Positions 38,328 to 47,168 of a stretch of DNA of 64,000 nucleotides are shown here, one piece after another. Under the pieces are notes generated by a model, which was given only the letters and a program-made list of their open reading frames with translations, did not search any database and was not told the origin of the DNA. Positions within the stretch are counted from its first letter, which is position 1. Each line of letters begins with the position of its first letter. The translations under genes were made by a program, and so were the position numbers. Source of the stretch: a virus (Duplodnaviria; Caudoviricetes). Location: the IMG/VR virus record IMGVR_UViG_3300023119_000004, one strand, 5' to 3'.

Positions 38328-39635
38328 CTACAGTATGGCTTTTAGCAAAATAGTTTCAGCATTAATACGGCCGTTTAGTTTGATGTCTACTGCATTGATT
38401 TCATCTAAGAATGTAACTATTTTACGTTTACCAGCATCTTGAAACTCTTTAAGTTTCTCTTCTGGTTTACGTAGTGTTTTTTGAATACTCTTTTCTTCAT
38501 CAAAGTCTTGTATAGTAGTACCTTTAACACTTAATCCACTACCTTCTCTTCCTTGGTGTAATGGATCAATAACTCTAGCAACATACTTGCCTAGTTTACG
38601 TGTTTTAATGTTAAACACCCACAACTCACTAGCACCAATAATATCCTGTGGATTGATACTTACTAGTTGGAACTTGTCATCATTAACTGCATACTTCATT
38701 TTAGCAACCATCTTTTCCTTACTACGGATACGTTTACGTGGTTTTCTATTTGCTTTAGCAGTATTGATAATAACATCTAAAGCACCGTTAAGTGAATCTA
38801 GTGCTTTAACTTTAACTTGAATTTGTTTTTTAGGATATACAGAGTATGCTTCACTAAGTTGATTCCAATCTTCTTGTTCATCTTCGCTTAGTTTAGCAAT
38901 GGCCGCTTTGGTAGGAATATCTAATACTTTTTGTAATTCCTCTTGTTCAGGAATATAAAACTCTTTCATCTTACGAGCGTGTGCCTGTGTACAGTTTACT
39001 TCTCGCAAATGCTTGGCAATATCAAACCCTTTTGGATTAAACTTAGCAAAATCTTCTAACCACACTTCTAGCCATTCGTCAATCTTTTCACTCATTTGAT
39101 AAGACTGGAGTCGGATACGATCCTGTATGCTCATTTTTACAGGTGCTTCTTTCTTTTCTTTTTCTTCTTCTGCTTTTTTAACTTCTTCTACCATACTCTC
39201 CGCTTGTGTATATAACTCGCTAAGGAATTTATTTACCGATTCTGATAGCGGTTTAGGAGTACCCATAGTTCCTGCAAGGCTTTCCCAGTACTTATTGTAT
39301 GCCTCGTGTACATCTGGACATCCTAATGTGAGCATATGACACAATCCACCAACTGTGGAACCAAAACGACTGTCAGGCAGTTTGGATAATGTTTTAGCCT
39401 TTGATTTCCATTGCTCGTTATTTTTACACCATTCAAGAACCCAACGTTTGTAGTCGCTACCCTTGTACTCCAAACGATAGTTGTCAAACGCAGATTGCTT
39501 TAGTCGACCATATGCTTCGCCACTAAGTTCGGCCGCACCAGAAAAATCAATATCAAAATTCTTATTGGCTCCGCGACGTGCAACAGTTCTTTTTTTCTTC
39601 CTAGGGGATCCTTTTAATAGGTTCTTACCTGCCAT
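38328..39635 (-). CDS. Conserved hypothetical protein of T4-like phages
   Basis: 435 aa, basic N-terminus, C-terminal LWVFNIKTRKL...KTLRKP...NGRIN motif. Confidence 0.65.
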   Translation of the reverse strand: MAGKNLLKGSPRKKKRTVARRGANKNFDIDFSGAAELSGEAYGRLKQSAFDNYRLEYKGSDYKRWVLEWCKNNEQWKSKAKTLSKLPDSRFGSTVGGLCHMLTLGCPDVHEAYNKYWESLAGTMGTPKPLSESVNKFLSELYTQAESMVEEVKKAEEEKEKKEAPVKMSIQDRIRLQSYQMSEKIDEWLEVWLEDFAKFNPKGFDIAKHLREVNCTQAHARKMKEFYIPEQEELQKVLDIPTKAAIAKLSEDEQEDWNQLSEAYSVYPKKQIQVKVKALDSLNGALDVIINTAKANRKPRKRIRSKEKMVAKMKYAVNDDKFQLVSINPQDIIGASELWVFNIKTRKLGKYVARVIDPLHQGREGSGLSVKGTTIQDFDEEKSIQKTLRKPEEKLKEFQDAGKRKIVTFLDEINAVDIKLNGRINAETILLKAIL

Positions 39636-39665
39636 TTCATCTCCAATACTGTGTGATTAGTTAAA

Positions 39666-39693
39666 ACTATATAGCCTAATGTAAAAAAGTCAA
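39666..39693 (-). promoter_or_regulatory. Sigma70-type early promoter TTGACT-16-TATAGT
   Basis: Same TTGACTTTT -35 context as the other early promoters. Confidence 0.65.
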
Positions 39694-39720
39694 GCAGAAA
39701 AAGAATGTTTTTTGTTCTTT

Positions 39721-41034
39721 TTATAATTTTTCACCTACATCAAAGCCGCGAAATGTTTTGAATCTTGGAAAACGCAAACTGTAAGTACCGTCCTGATTTT
39801 GTGTAATTGCGTCTGCTCGTACTTCTACAATATTGCCAATAAGTGTGCTACGATCATTCCAAAAATTATCACGATCGCTGTCGCTAAACCCACTCCCAAC
39901 ATTAACTTTGATATCTCTTCCGTCATCAAGTCCTTCACAAACGAGTGCACCAAGTTTACCAACATTCCGTCCTGTTCCTTCTTCGACATCTTTTACCTCC
40001 AATGATACCTCAATAAATGGTTTCATCTTTAACCAACTATGAGATCGTTTACATTCATAAGGAGCATCAACGTCCTTAATCATAACTCCTTCATAACCAC
40101 CGTCTACAGCCGCTTTATTTAGGTCTACAAAGCGTTTTTCGCCTTCAGGAGTACTTAGGTCTACCTCTTCCCAGTCCAACGCTTGTACGTGCTTTAAAAC
40201 GCTACTATGCTGGTCTACCCAAGCCTTAACTGCTTGGCTTCTAAACGATTGTGGTTTGTCCCAGCCACCTTCCAAAAACTTATCCAAAGGACACATATCA
40301 AATAAATGGAGAACTGCGTCTGTGGCATTGCCTCCACTCTTTCTGTGTACCTGCTTCATTAAGTCTTGGAAGTTAGCACTCATTACTTCTCCGTCTAGCA
40401 CAAGATCGTATGGTGCAGGGTTATCCTTTAATACTGTTTCAAGTTCTTCAATGATGTGTCCAAAGTTGTGAAACTGTTTACCATTACGGCTAAACGTTTC
40501 AACTTTACCATTCTTGCATACTGCAAGAACCCTAACACCATCTAGTTTGATTTCGATCTGTTTCTTGCCAACCATTTTCTTTTCATGCTTGGCAGAGTCG
40601 TGTGCGAGTTGACAAGTAAACACAGGAACACAACCTGGTACTATTTTGTTTACTGTCTTTTCACTTACTCCACAACGTAAATCTTTGATAAGAATTCTAC
40701 GATACCAACCATTCCATTGTTCTGCTGTTGCAACACTCATAGACAATTCAATAGCATCACGTGCCGCATGACCGGTTAGTTCTCGATTTTGTAATTTTTC
40801 AGCAAGTTCTTTAAACACATTCCAAGCAAGTCCTTGTGCTGATAATACTTCGTTCTCTGCTTTTTCTGGAACTTGTTTCACACCAAATGTTACAAGTGCG
40901 TCAAGACACATACGTACACCATCAAAGAACTCTGGTAGTCCTTCATCGTGTGCTTTTTGTAGGATTGCTTCTTTGCCCAAACGTGAGTTGTCTGCTTCTA
41001 GTTGAGCGATAATATCTTGTGGTTGTGTTCTCAT
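39721..41034 (-). CDS. lig: ATP-dependent DNA ligase
   Basis: KLDG adenylation motif, LDGEV, EGVMIK, WLKMKP, SLRFPRF. Confidence 0.95.
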   Translation of the reverse strand: MRTQPQDIIAQLEADNSRLGKEAILQKAHDEGLPEFFDGVRMCLDALVTFGVKQVPEKAENEVLSAQGLAWNVFKELAEKLQNRELTGHAARDAIELSMSVATAEQWNGWYRRILIKDLRCGVSEKTVNKIVPGCVPVFTCQLAHDSAKHEKKMVGKKQIEIKLDGVRVLAVCKNGKVETFSRNGKQFHNFGHIIEELETVLKDNPAPYDLVLDGEVMSANFQDLMKQVHRKSGGNATDAVLHLFDMCPLDKFLEGGWDKPQSFRSQAVKAWVDQHSSVLKHVQALDWEEVDLSTPEGEKRFVDLNKAAVDGGYEGVMIKDVDAPYECKRSHSWLKMKPFIEVSLEVKDVEEGTGRNVGKLGALVCEGLDDGRDIKVNVGSGFSDSDRDNFWNDRSTLIGNIVEVRADAITQNQDGTYSLRFPRFKTFRGFDVGEKL

Positions 41035-41067
41035 ACTTGCCTCTCAGTTGCCTTATTAATAGTTTAT

Positions 41068-41096
41068 ATTATATATTAAACACATCTAAAAGTCAA
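41068..41096 (-). promoter_or_regulatory. Sigma70-type early promoter TTGACT-17-TATAAT
   Basis: Consensus-like hexamers upstream of the ligase. Confidence 0.85.
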
Positions 41097-41669
41097 CTAA
41101 AAATTATCCAAAAATTGTTCTTGCATTTTTATTTTAGCCTCTTTGTAGGATTCTACTTCTACATTTTGAATTTGGATATCACTTGGCAAAAACACATACG
41201 TAATAATTGAACTTGGTAATTTACTAGTTTTAAGTCCGTCACCTGCAGATATACAGTATTTGGTTAGTGTTTGTTTATCAATTACTGCGGCACTATTATT
41301 ATCGCATATAAGCAAGAAGTCTGCATAACTTTCTGGTAAATCTCTACCCTCACTTGATCCTCTGCTATTCATAAGTTGTAGATCTGATACGTGCTTTTTT
41401 TGTTTCTGTGTTTTGCTGGTAAACAAACAATCTTGTGTGTATTTCATTTCAACTGTTGTACCGTCGGGCAATACATGATCAATACCTTCAACATTAATAT
41501 AACGCATTTGACCATTGCTGAATTTTTCTAACGATTTTTCAAACAAGTCGCTTTTATCAAAACGTAACTTACGTTCATTTAGTTCATCACCGACTGTTGA
41601 AACAAGTGTGCAGAACCTACTCCACTCTATATTTGATCTAAGCCAATCTGCTAATTCATTAGTGTTCAT
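41097..41669 (-). CDS. PD-(D/E)xK nuclease-like protein
   Basis: GIDH...VEMK motif spacing. Confidence 0.5.
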   Translation of the reverse strand: MNTNELADWLRSNIEWSRFCTLVSTVGDELNERKLRFDKSDLFEKSLEKFSNGQMRYINVEGIDHVLPDGTTVEMKYTQDCLFTSKTQKQKKHVSDLQLMNSRGSSEGRDLPESYADFLLICDNNSAAVIDKQTLTKYCISAGDGLKTSKLPSSIITYVFLPSDIQIQNVEVESYKEAKIKMQEQFLDNF

Positions 41670-41697
41670 TAACTACTCCATCCACTAATTACTTATT

Positions 41698-41774
41698 TGG
41701 CGCACTCGAAGAGATTCGAACTCCTGGCCTCCAGTTCCGCAAACTGGCGTTCTATCCAACTGAACTACGAGTGC
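41698..41774 (-). tRNA. tRNA-Arg, anticodon GCG, CCA encoded
   Basis: GCACTCG/CGAGTGC acceptor, D-loop GGA (A20), CCAGT-TTGCGGA-ACTGG anticodon arm, TTCGAAT T-loop, G73, 77 nt. Confidence 0.93.
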
Positions 41775-41783
41775 GTAATTATT

Positions 41784-41812
41784 ATACTACAATATTCTTT
41801 GGTGAAAGTCAA
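41784..41812 (-). promoter_or_regulatory. Sigma70-type promoter TTGACT-17-TAGTAT driving tRNA-Arg
   Basis: Hexamers directly upstream of the tRNA. Confidence 0.75.
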
Positions 41813-41822
41813 GAGAAAAAAA

Positions 41823-41843
41823 TAGGCGACATAAAGCCGCCTA
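41823..41843 (-). terminator. Rho-independent terminator
   Basis: TAGGCG...CGCCTA stem followed by a T7 tract on the minus strand. Confidence 0.75.
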
Positions 41844-41873
41844 CTTTCTTTAAGATTGAAATAAGGATTTAGA

Positions 41874-42116
41874 TTATACTAAACCTTTTGCCATTGCTTT
41901 GTAACCAGCGGCTACAACTGCTCTTGACGGAGTACCTAATCTGTACTTCTTAACACCTTTTTTAGTGTTTAGGTACACAGGGTATCCTGCAAATCTTAGT
42001 GATTGAATAACTGCTTGTGGGTTACCAGCACCAAATTTAGAAGCAATTTGCTCTGAAGTTAGTTCTTTACCGTTTTGTAAAGCAGTTAATACGCTATCTT
42101 GAATAGTAGTTTTCAT
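41874..42116 (-). CDS. Small winged-HTH-like DNA-binding protein
   Basis: LTSEQIASKFG...AVIQSLR...YRLG pattern; own promoter, AAGGAG RBS and terminator. Confidence 0.6.
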   Translation of the reverse strand: MKTTIQDSVLTALQNGKELTSEQIASKFGAGNPQAVIQSLRFAGYPVYLNTKKGVKKYRLGTPSRAVVAAGYKAMAKGLV

Positions 42117-42180
42117 TAATTTTCTCCTTAATTAAGTTTCAATTAGCAATGAACAGGGAAAGTCTCCATGTTCTTTATAT

Positions 42181-42209
42181 ATAATACACTAAAAATTTAA
42201 TAAAGTCAA
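42181..42209 (-). promoter_or_regulatory. Sigma70-type early promoter TTGACT-17-TATTAT
   Basis: Hexamers upstream of 41874..42116. Confidence 0.8.
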
Positions 42210-42224
42210 CGACTTATTTGCCAA

Positions 42225-42824
42225 TTACACAAAATCGGGTCCATGTACCCATCCAACTAATGACTTTCGGATGCCTTTAGTTACAGGTGTTACTTTGTGT
42301 GGCAAATAACTTGGGAAGAAACAGATTTGATTGTATTGTAGATCACAGTTAATGCCTTTGTAGTCTACATCAAGAATTAGATCGCCACCTTCAAACTCGT
42401 TTGGATCGTTCAATAGCAAACTAAAACTTAGTTTTCGTGTATCACCATTTTGTCCTTTAAGGGCACCATCGCAATGTGTTACATAATGACCTTTCTTTTC
42501 TGCGGTATATACACTATACTGGCAAGGTTCTAAATAGGTAATAGCAAATTTGTATAATGTATTATTTGCATAATGCACAGCATCGCCTAACCTTGCATAA
42601 ATTTCTGGAAAACGGTTTGTGTCAATCCAACTAATATCAGTTGATCGAACAGTATCGTTTGAGCCTACTGCATTGTCATCCTCGATAAATCCAGCGGGTT
42701 CTAATGGGTTCTCTTTGTTCACATAGTCAGCCAATTCTTGTATTTGTTCTGGTATTAGAACATTGTCTAACTTAAAATGCGGAAATGGATTGCTGTTAAT
42801 TAATGGTGGAACTAAATTATACAT
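42225..42824 (-). CDS. PKHD-type 2OG-Fe(II) hydroxylase
   Basis: HCD, RKLSFSLLL, FEGGDL, FPSYLPHKVTPVTKGIRKSLVGW. Confidence 0.9.
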   Translation of the reverse strand: MYNLVPPLINSNPFPHFKLDNVLIPEQIQELADYVNKENPLEPAGFIEDDNAVGSNDTVRSTDISWIDTNRFPEIYARLGDAVHYANNTLYKFAITYLEPCQYSVYTAEKKGHYVTHCDGALKGQNGDTRKLSFSLLLNDPNEFEGGDLILDVDYKGINCDLQYNQICFFPSYLPHKVTPVTKGIRKSLVGWVHGPDFV

Positions 42825-43338
42825 TTGTTGCTCTAATCTGTAGTGTTACTCTTGTCTGTTTTGCCCACGGAGTAATACTAGTAACCGAGTGCATAACAGG
42901 CTTTTCCATTCTATTAATCAAGATCATTTTGTTGTAATTTGGTTCTTCGGCAATAATTTTTCCTAGTGTGCTATCTCTATATAAAAACAATCCACCATCG
43001 TTAAAATCCCAATCATGATTAAGATAAACTGTTGCACTAGCACCATACCCCATATCATCGTGCCAATCTAGCATACTGTTTCTATTCCAAAGGTACACGT
43101 ATGATTTAAAATCGTAATCTTTTAATCTTGGATCTACTTCAACAATAAGTTTTTTAAGTTCTTCGTTAAACTCGTCAATTAAAGTCATATTAAAACTAGT
43201 TGAGCCTTCGTGAACAATGTTATCAACACTATGGCTTGTCATCCAAGCAAATGAATTGCTTTGAATTTTTTCTTTGATATGAAGAGCAATATCTTCAATC
43301 ATTTTTTGAGGTAGAAAGTTTTCTTTAATTGTAATCAT
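42817..43338 (-). CDS. 2OG-Fe(II) prolyl-hydroxylase-like oxygenase
   Basis: WHDD, YLN..W...DGG, HSV, R.TLQ. Confidence 0.82.
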   Translation of the reverse strand: MITIKENFLPQKMIEDIALHIKEKIQSNSFAWMTSHSVDNIVHEGSTSFNMTLIDEFNEELKKLIVEVDPRLKDYDFKSYVYLWNRNSMLDWHDDMGYGASATVYLNHDWDFNDGGLFLYRDSTLGKIIAEEPNYNKMILINRMEKPVMHSVTSITPWAKQTRVTLQIRATNV

Positions 43339-43625
43339 ATTATTGTTTTTATAAACCCTATTCCATCTATTCCTAAGTATATAACATACATTAGTGTGAA
43401 GCCGAACGATTTCCGGCTATATGCGGCGGTCATTAACAATACACTAGCCAGTATAAAAAACAAGTAGGCCCAAAACATAGGTGGGTTTGGTGAGTACCAC
43501 ATTAAGATTAAACTAGCAATTAAATTGCTAACCATACCTACAACTTCGTAGGCAAATCGTTTTGGGTTTGATCTAAAGTCTTTCTTGATCCAGTTTAATG
43601 TATCCTTACGACCTATACGACTCAC
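43335..43625 (-). CDS. Three-TM membrane protein
   Basis: Three hydrophobic spans; coupled overlaps on both sides. Confidence 0.65.
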   Translation of the reverse strand: MSRIGRKDTLNWIKKDFRSNPKRFAYEVVGMVSNLIASLILMWYSPNPPMFWAYLFFILASVLLMTAAYSRKSFGFTLMYVIYLGIDGIGFIKTII

Positions 43626-44356
43626 ACCTGCCTTTCTGCAATGTACTTGTTAGAGTTTACTTGAACAAAGTAACTTCTAGCAATCATATCGCAAAAACGT
43701 TGGAATTCTAATCCAAGACGAGCAGTAGCAGTCATGTATCCTGCTCTTGTTGTTTTACTTTCGTTAATAATTTGATATTTGTATCGAGGATTGATTAGAT
43801 ACACACCACCCTCAATCATTGGCATTGATCCGCAGTTTTCAACAACTAGTTTACAATCTTTGCCAGGCATTCTAACAGCACAAAGAATTGGTAATGCATC
43901 ATCAAGAAAATCAAATGCATTGTTAATATTATATTCTTTATCCTGTCTTGGCTCTATTGAACTTTCAGCATCCAAAAATTCATATTTAATCCAACCAAAT
44001 CTTTCAGATGGGAAACGTGTTTCCCACCATTCTCTTGTGTATGGAACTTCGTATGTTGTTGCAGGTCTATACTGTCCATTGGTTGCTAAGAACACTTCGT
44101 TTCGTCCTGGAAACTTTTGCTCAATCTTTTCTAGTTCAATACGTCCTCGGTAGTCTTGTCCTAATGGAATGAATTCTGGACTGTTAACAGATCGAACAGC
44201 AAGATTAATCCATCCAATGTCCTGCTTTATCATTTGTTCCAAATACCATTTAGCAACGTGAAATCCTTGATGTGGGTCAACGTCCTCAGGTAAAGGCGGA
44301 AAGATTATTTCTTTATCTTTATGTTCGTTATAAAAGTCTGTCATTTTTTCTAGCAC
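43622..44356 (-). CDS. Hypothetical protein (possibly degenerate Asp/Asn-hydroxylase-like DSBH)
   Basis: 244-aa ORF; FERFGWIKY...IEPRQD pattern without a clear HxD. Confidence 0.45.
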   Translation of the reverse strand: MLEKMTDFYNEHKDKEIIFPPLPEDVDPHQGFHVAKWYLEQMIKQDIGWINLAVRSVNSPEFIPLGQDYRGRIELEKIEQKFPGRNEVFLATNGQYRPATTYEVPYTREWWETRFPSERFGWIKYEFLDAESSIEPRQDKEYNINNAFDFLDDALPILCAVRMPGKDCKLVVENCGSMPMIEGGVYLINPRYKYQIINESKTTRAGYMTATARLGLEFQRFCDMIARSYFVQVNSNKYIAERQV

Positions 44357-44521
44357 TTATAAGTTGCCTTTGCAACCTAAATATTTCTTCCTTAACTAAC
44401 TGTTGCTTCTGAAACTTAACATTACGCTTTTGCATTTTAGTAAGTTCATTAATCTTTTCTTGAATCCTTTTTTCAAGAGCGTTTATTAAGTTCTGATCCA
44501 TACTATATTTAATACAATGTT

Positions 44522-44595
44522 TGGTGCCCAGTGACAGAATCGAACTGCCAATAGATGATTACAAATCAACTGTTATACCATTTAACTAACCGGGC
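44522..44595 (-). tRNA. tRNA-Thr, anticodon UGU, CCA encoded
   Basis: GCCCGGT/ACTGGGC acceptor, TTTGTAA anticodon loop, GGCAG-TTCGATT-CTGTC T-arm. Confidence 0.88.
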
Positions 44596-44954
44596 AAAAT
44601 TTGAACTGCTGTAATACGATCGTAGCGGAAACTACGGAAACCTTTTGATTCAGTGGCCCATACAGCAATTACTTTATCTGAAATTTCTCGGACTTTCTTT
44701 TGAGTTAACGGCTCGTCTTTTTTAGCGGGTGGTAGCATACTAGGAATTAGTGTGCAAGGCATTACACGTTTATCGCCGTCTAGTTTAGTAAAGGTTACTT
44801 CAACTACGTTTTCCCTTAGCATTTTCAGAAGATCGTCCTTTGTCGGAATCCCCTTCATTTCTGCGATCTTTTTTTCCAAAGATTCTGTCGTATCCTTCTG
44901 CGTATTTTGCATCGTCTGCACCTTTTCTTCTTCCACTACCTTTGCCTCCGTCAC
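44586..44954 (-). CDS. SH3-fold (WYL_2-like) phage protein; start uncertain
   Basis: VEVTFTKLDGDKRVM.CTL...VWATESKGFRSFR. Confidence 0.7.
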   Translation of the reverse strand: MTEAKVVEEEKVQTMQNTQKDTTESLEKKIAEMKGIPTKDDLLKMLRENVVEVTFTKLDGDKRVMPCTLIPSMLPPAKKDEPLTQKKVREISDKVIAVWATESKGFRSFRYDRITAVQILPG

Positions 44955-45215
44955 TCAATTCAACGTCCTCTTATTTTTAAGTTTATCTTCTTCTGGAATA
45001 TCCCATGCCATCTGTTCTTCAATAGCATAACGAGCACCTTCGATATAATCTCGATCTTCGTCGTCTAACGCACTCCAAAACTTACTTACTGTTTGAATGT
45101 GTTCTTCAACAACTTCAGGACGTTTTAAATGATAATTATCCTCCATCCACATTTGGAGAATATCCATACGTTGTTTAATTTTTTCTCTTACACTCAAATC
45201 AAAATCCTCGACCAT
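44955..45215 (-). CDS. Hypothetical protein
   Basis: Start set at ATG 45215 to limit overlap with the upstream gene. Confidence 0.55.
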   Translation of the reverse strand: MVEDFDLSVREKIKQRMDILQMWMEDNYHLKRPEVVEEHIQTVSKFWSALDDEDRDYIEGARYAIEEQMAWDIPEEDKLKNKRTLN

Positions 45216-45432
45216 TTGTGATCTTGTATTCCTGTGGTCCAGGTGTTGTAAACTCCATGCCCATTTTATTTCCGACATAAACTTTACCATTCCATTGCAT
45301 CTTGATTTGATTTTGCACCATGAATACTTCGACAAACTTTCCTTTTTCAAATCTGTCTACATCTGCTGTAATAGTCTTGTCATTATCTGTACAAGTTACT
45401 ACACACGTTTTATCATGTTCTGTTCTAATCAT
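45199..45432 (-). CDS. Hypothetical beta-rich protein
   Basis: 77 aa, AAGGAG RBS and early promoter upstream. Confidence 0.65.
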   Translation of the reverse strand: MIRTEHDKTCVVTCTDNDKTITADVDRFEKGKFVEVFMVQNQIKMQWNGKVYVGNKMGMEFTTPGPQEYKITNGRGF

Positions 45433-45433
45433 G

Positions 45434-45619
45434 TTATCTCCTTTTTAAATTATTATATTGTAAGTAGATCAAAAAGTCAACTATTAAAAAATTAAAAAAC
45501 AATCCTGTAGTAGTAAGCATCACTCCAAAAAGCATAGGGATAATAATTAGGAACAATCCTAGTTTAATAAGATAATCAAAGGCTAATTCAACCGGAACTG
45601 TCCAAAACAACCAAGTCAT
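45434..45619 (-). CDS. Small membrane protein
   Basis: 61 aa, hydrophobic; ATGA overlap with the upstream gene. Confidence 0.6.
   Translation of the reverse strand: MTWLFWTVPVELAFDYLIKLGLFLIIIPMLFGVMLTTTGLFFNFLIVDFLIYLQYNNLKRR
45452..45480 (-). promoter_or_regulatory. Sigma70-type early promoter TTGACT-17-TATAAT
   Basis: Consensus-like hexamers, inside the 3' end of 45434..45619. Confidence 0.8.
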
Positions 45620-46050
45620 ACAGTATACTCGAAATTATTTGATTCAGTGTTTTCACTGACCCATTCAGCACCATTGCGTAGATGAAACTTCATTGCCATT
45701 TCAGTCTTAGGACTAAGAGTAACATATCGTTTAACATTCTTAGTGTTCTTAATATGATCCGCGGCACGTAATACCATGTCACGCCCTGCACCTTTTGCAT
45801 AACTCCATACTGTATAGAATATTGCAATATCACCATCAACTGTACTAAACTCTGTTAGTTCTTGTTCATTAGTTGGAACTTTGTTTGCATAGGCAACACA
45901 AATAACCGCTTGTATTACACTATCTTCGTTTTCGAGTGCATAAACTTCTCTACCATTACTAATTCGATATGCTAACGGTAAGTGGCCTCGAACAGGATCG
46001 TCGGAACAGTGACCAATGTTCCAGTCATCTTGAATTTGAATTAATTCCAT
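45616..46050 (-). CDS. GNAT-like acetyltransferase fold protein
   Basis: FYTVWSYAKGAGR (acetyl-CoA loop-like), TLSP...AMKFHLRNGA. Confidence 0.55.
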   Translation of the reverse strand: MELIQIQDDWNIGHCSDDPVRGHLPLAYRISNGREVYALENEDSVIQAVICVAYANKVPTNEQELTEFSTVDGDIAIFYTVWSYAKGAGRDMVLRAADHIKNTKNVKRYVTLSPKTEMAMKFHLRNGAEWVSENTESNNFEYTV

Positions 46051-46694
46051 TATTTGATTCCTAATATCAGTTTGACCCTGCGTAAATCACTTTCTGGATT
46101 GCACACAGGAATTCTATTGTACTTTTCGTAGTACTTAACCATCAAAGCCATCTCATGATCTTTGACCTGACTGCTATGCATTGGCAAGTATGCTTGATAG
46201 CAATGATCGATATCTGCTTTATCAAAGTTTTCTTTAAATGCTGTACCACAACCGTAAGGCGAAAGCCTTTCGTTTCGTACTGTGCCTTTAAAGTCTGTAC
46301 GGCGACCGAGCATACAATTACGTGTTACTGCTCTACTTTCGCCAATATAAATTACACCTTCATGTAGGAAGTCTGCAGGACCAGTTGGAGGACCGTCCTT
46401 ATATAATCCGTAAACATAACAACCAGCATCTTTTTTATCAAAACCCCAATTAGCACTCCAAGATTCGTCGATGTGATGCCATTTAGTAAACTCTAAACTC
46501 CAAGGGTCAACAAGTGTCATTTCTTGGGTACTAAATGCATCTAGGCCACTAGTTGTGAAAACTTTCTTGAACGTATAACATAGTTCTTCAAGTTTATCTT
46601 CGTGTTGTGTAAAAATGGACTCTAGTACTTCTTGTTTGAGTCCATGTCCTCCACTAGCCTTTGCAATGTTTTCTGCGAGTATCTTCGCTTTCAT
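46050..46694 (-). CDS. GIY-YIG nuclease-like protein
   Basis: CYVY...IYIGES...R...HE...CN spacing. Confidence 0.55.
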   Translation of the reverse strand: MKAKILAENIAKASGGHGLKQEVLESIFTQHEDKLEELCYTFKKVFTTSGLDAFSTQEMTLVDPWSLEFTKWHHIDESWSANWGFDKKDAGCYVYGLYKDGPPTGPADFLHEGVIYIGESRAVTRNCMLGRRTDFKGTVRNERLSPYGCGTAFKENFDKADIDHCYQAYLPMHSSQVKDHEMALMVKYYEKYNRIPVCNPESDLRRVKLILGIK

Positions 46695-46702
46695 GTTACA
46701 CC

Positions 46703-46900
46703 TTACATCTTTGCTTCGCGTTCTTTACGAGCCTTGTTTGCTCTAGCAATACCACGCTTCTTGTCAAGTCTTTTTTGCTCACTTGGCTTAGTATAGTATT
46801 GACGTTCTTTAAGTTCAACTAGTAATCCGCTTTTTTTAATTTTACGTTTAAGTTGTCTTAATGCTTTTTCAACGTTATTATTTTTTACTATTACTTGCAT
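46703..46900 (-). CDS. rpsU: Ribosomal protein bS21 (copy 1)
   Basis: V.VKNNNVEKALRQLKRK...ELKERQYYTKPSE. Confidence 0.92.
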   Translation of the reverse strand: MQVIVKNNNVEKALRQLKRKIKKSGLLVELKERQYYTKPSEQKRLDKKRGIARANKARKEREAKM

Positions 46901-46916
46901 ACTCCTCCTTTCCGTG

Positions 46917-47138
46917 TTAATGGAGCGTTCTCATTGCTCCTTCATCATTTAAATCAATTCCAAAGTATTCTTCACAAATTGTAACGATACTTTCTGGAAC
47001 TAAATCTTCTTCTTTACCTGCTGGTATATACAAGCCTTTCAAATCTCCATCAGCACTAATAATTAGTGCCCAGTCATCATCTTCCATGGCTTCACCAAGT
47101 TCAAAATATTCTTGGTTGTCTTGCATTGTACACTCCAT
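46917..47138 (-). CDS. Acidic hypothetical protein
   Basis: 73-aa ORF, ATTAAATA late-like motif upstream. Confidence 0.55.
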   Translation of the reverse strand: MECTMQDNQEYFELGEAMEDDDWALIISADGDLKGLYIPAGKEEDLVPESIVTICEEYFGIDLNDEGAMRTLH

Positions 47139-47168
47139 AACTAAATTATATACTATTACTATTTAATG

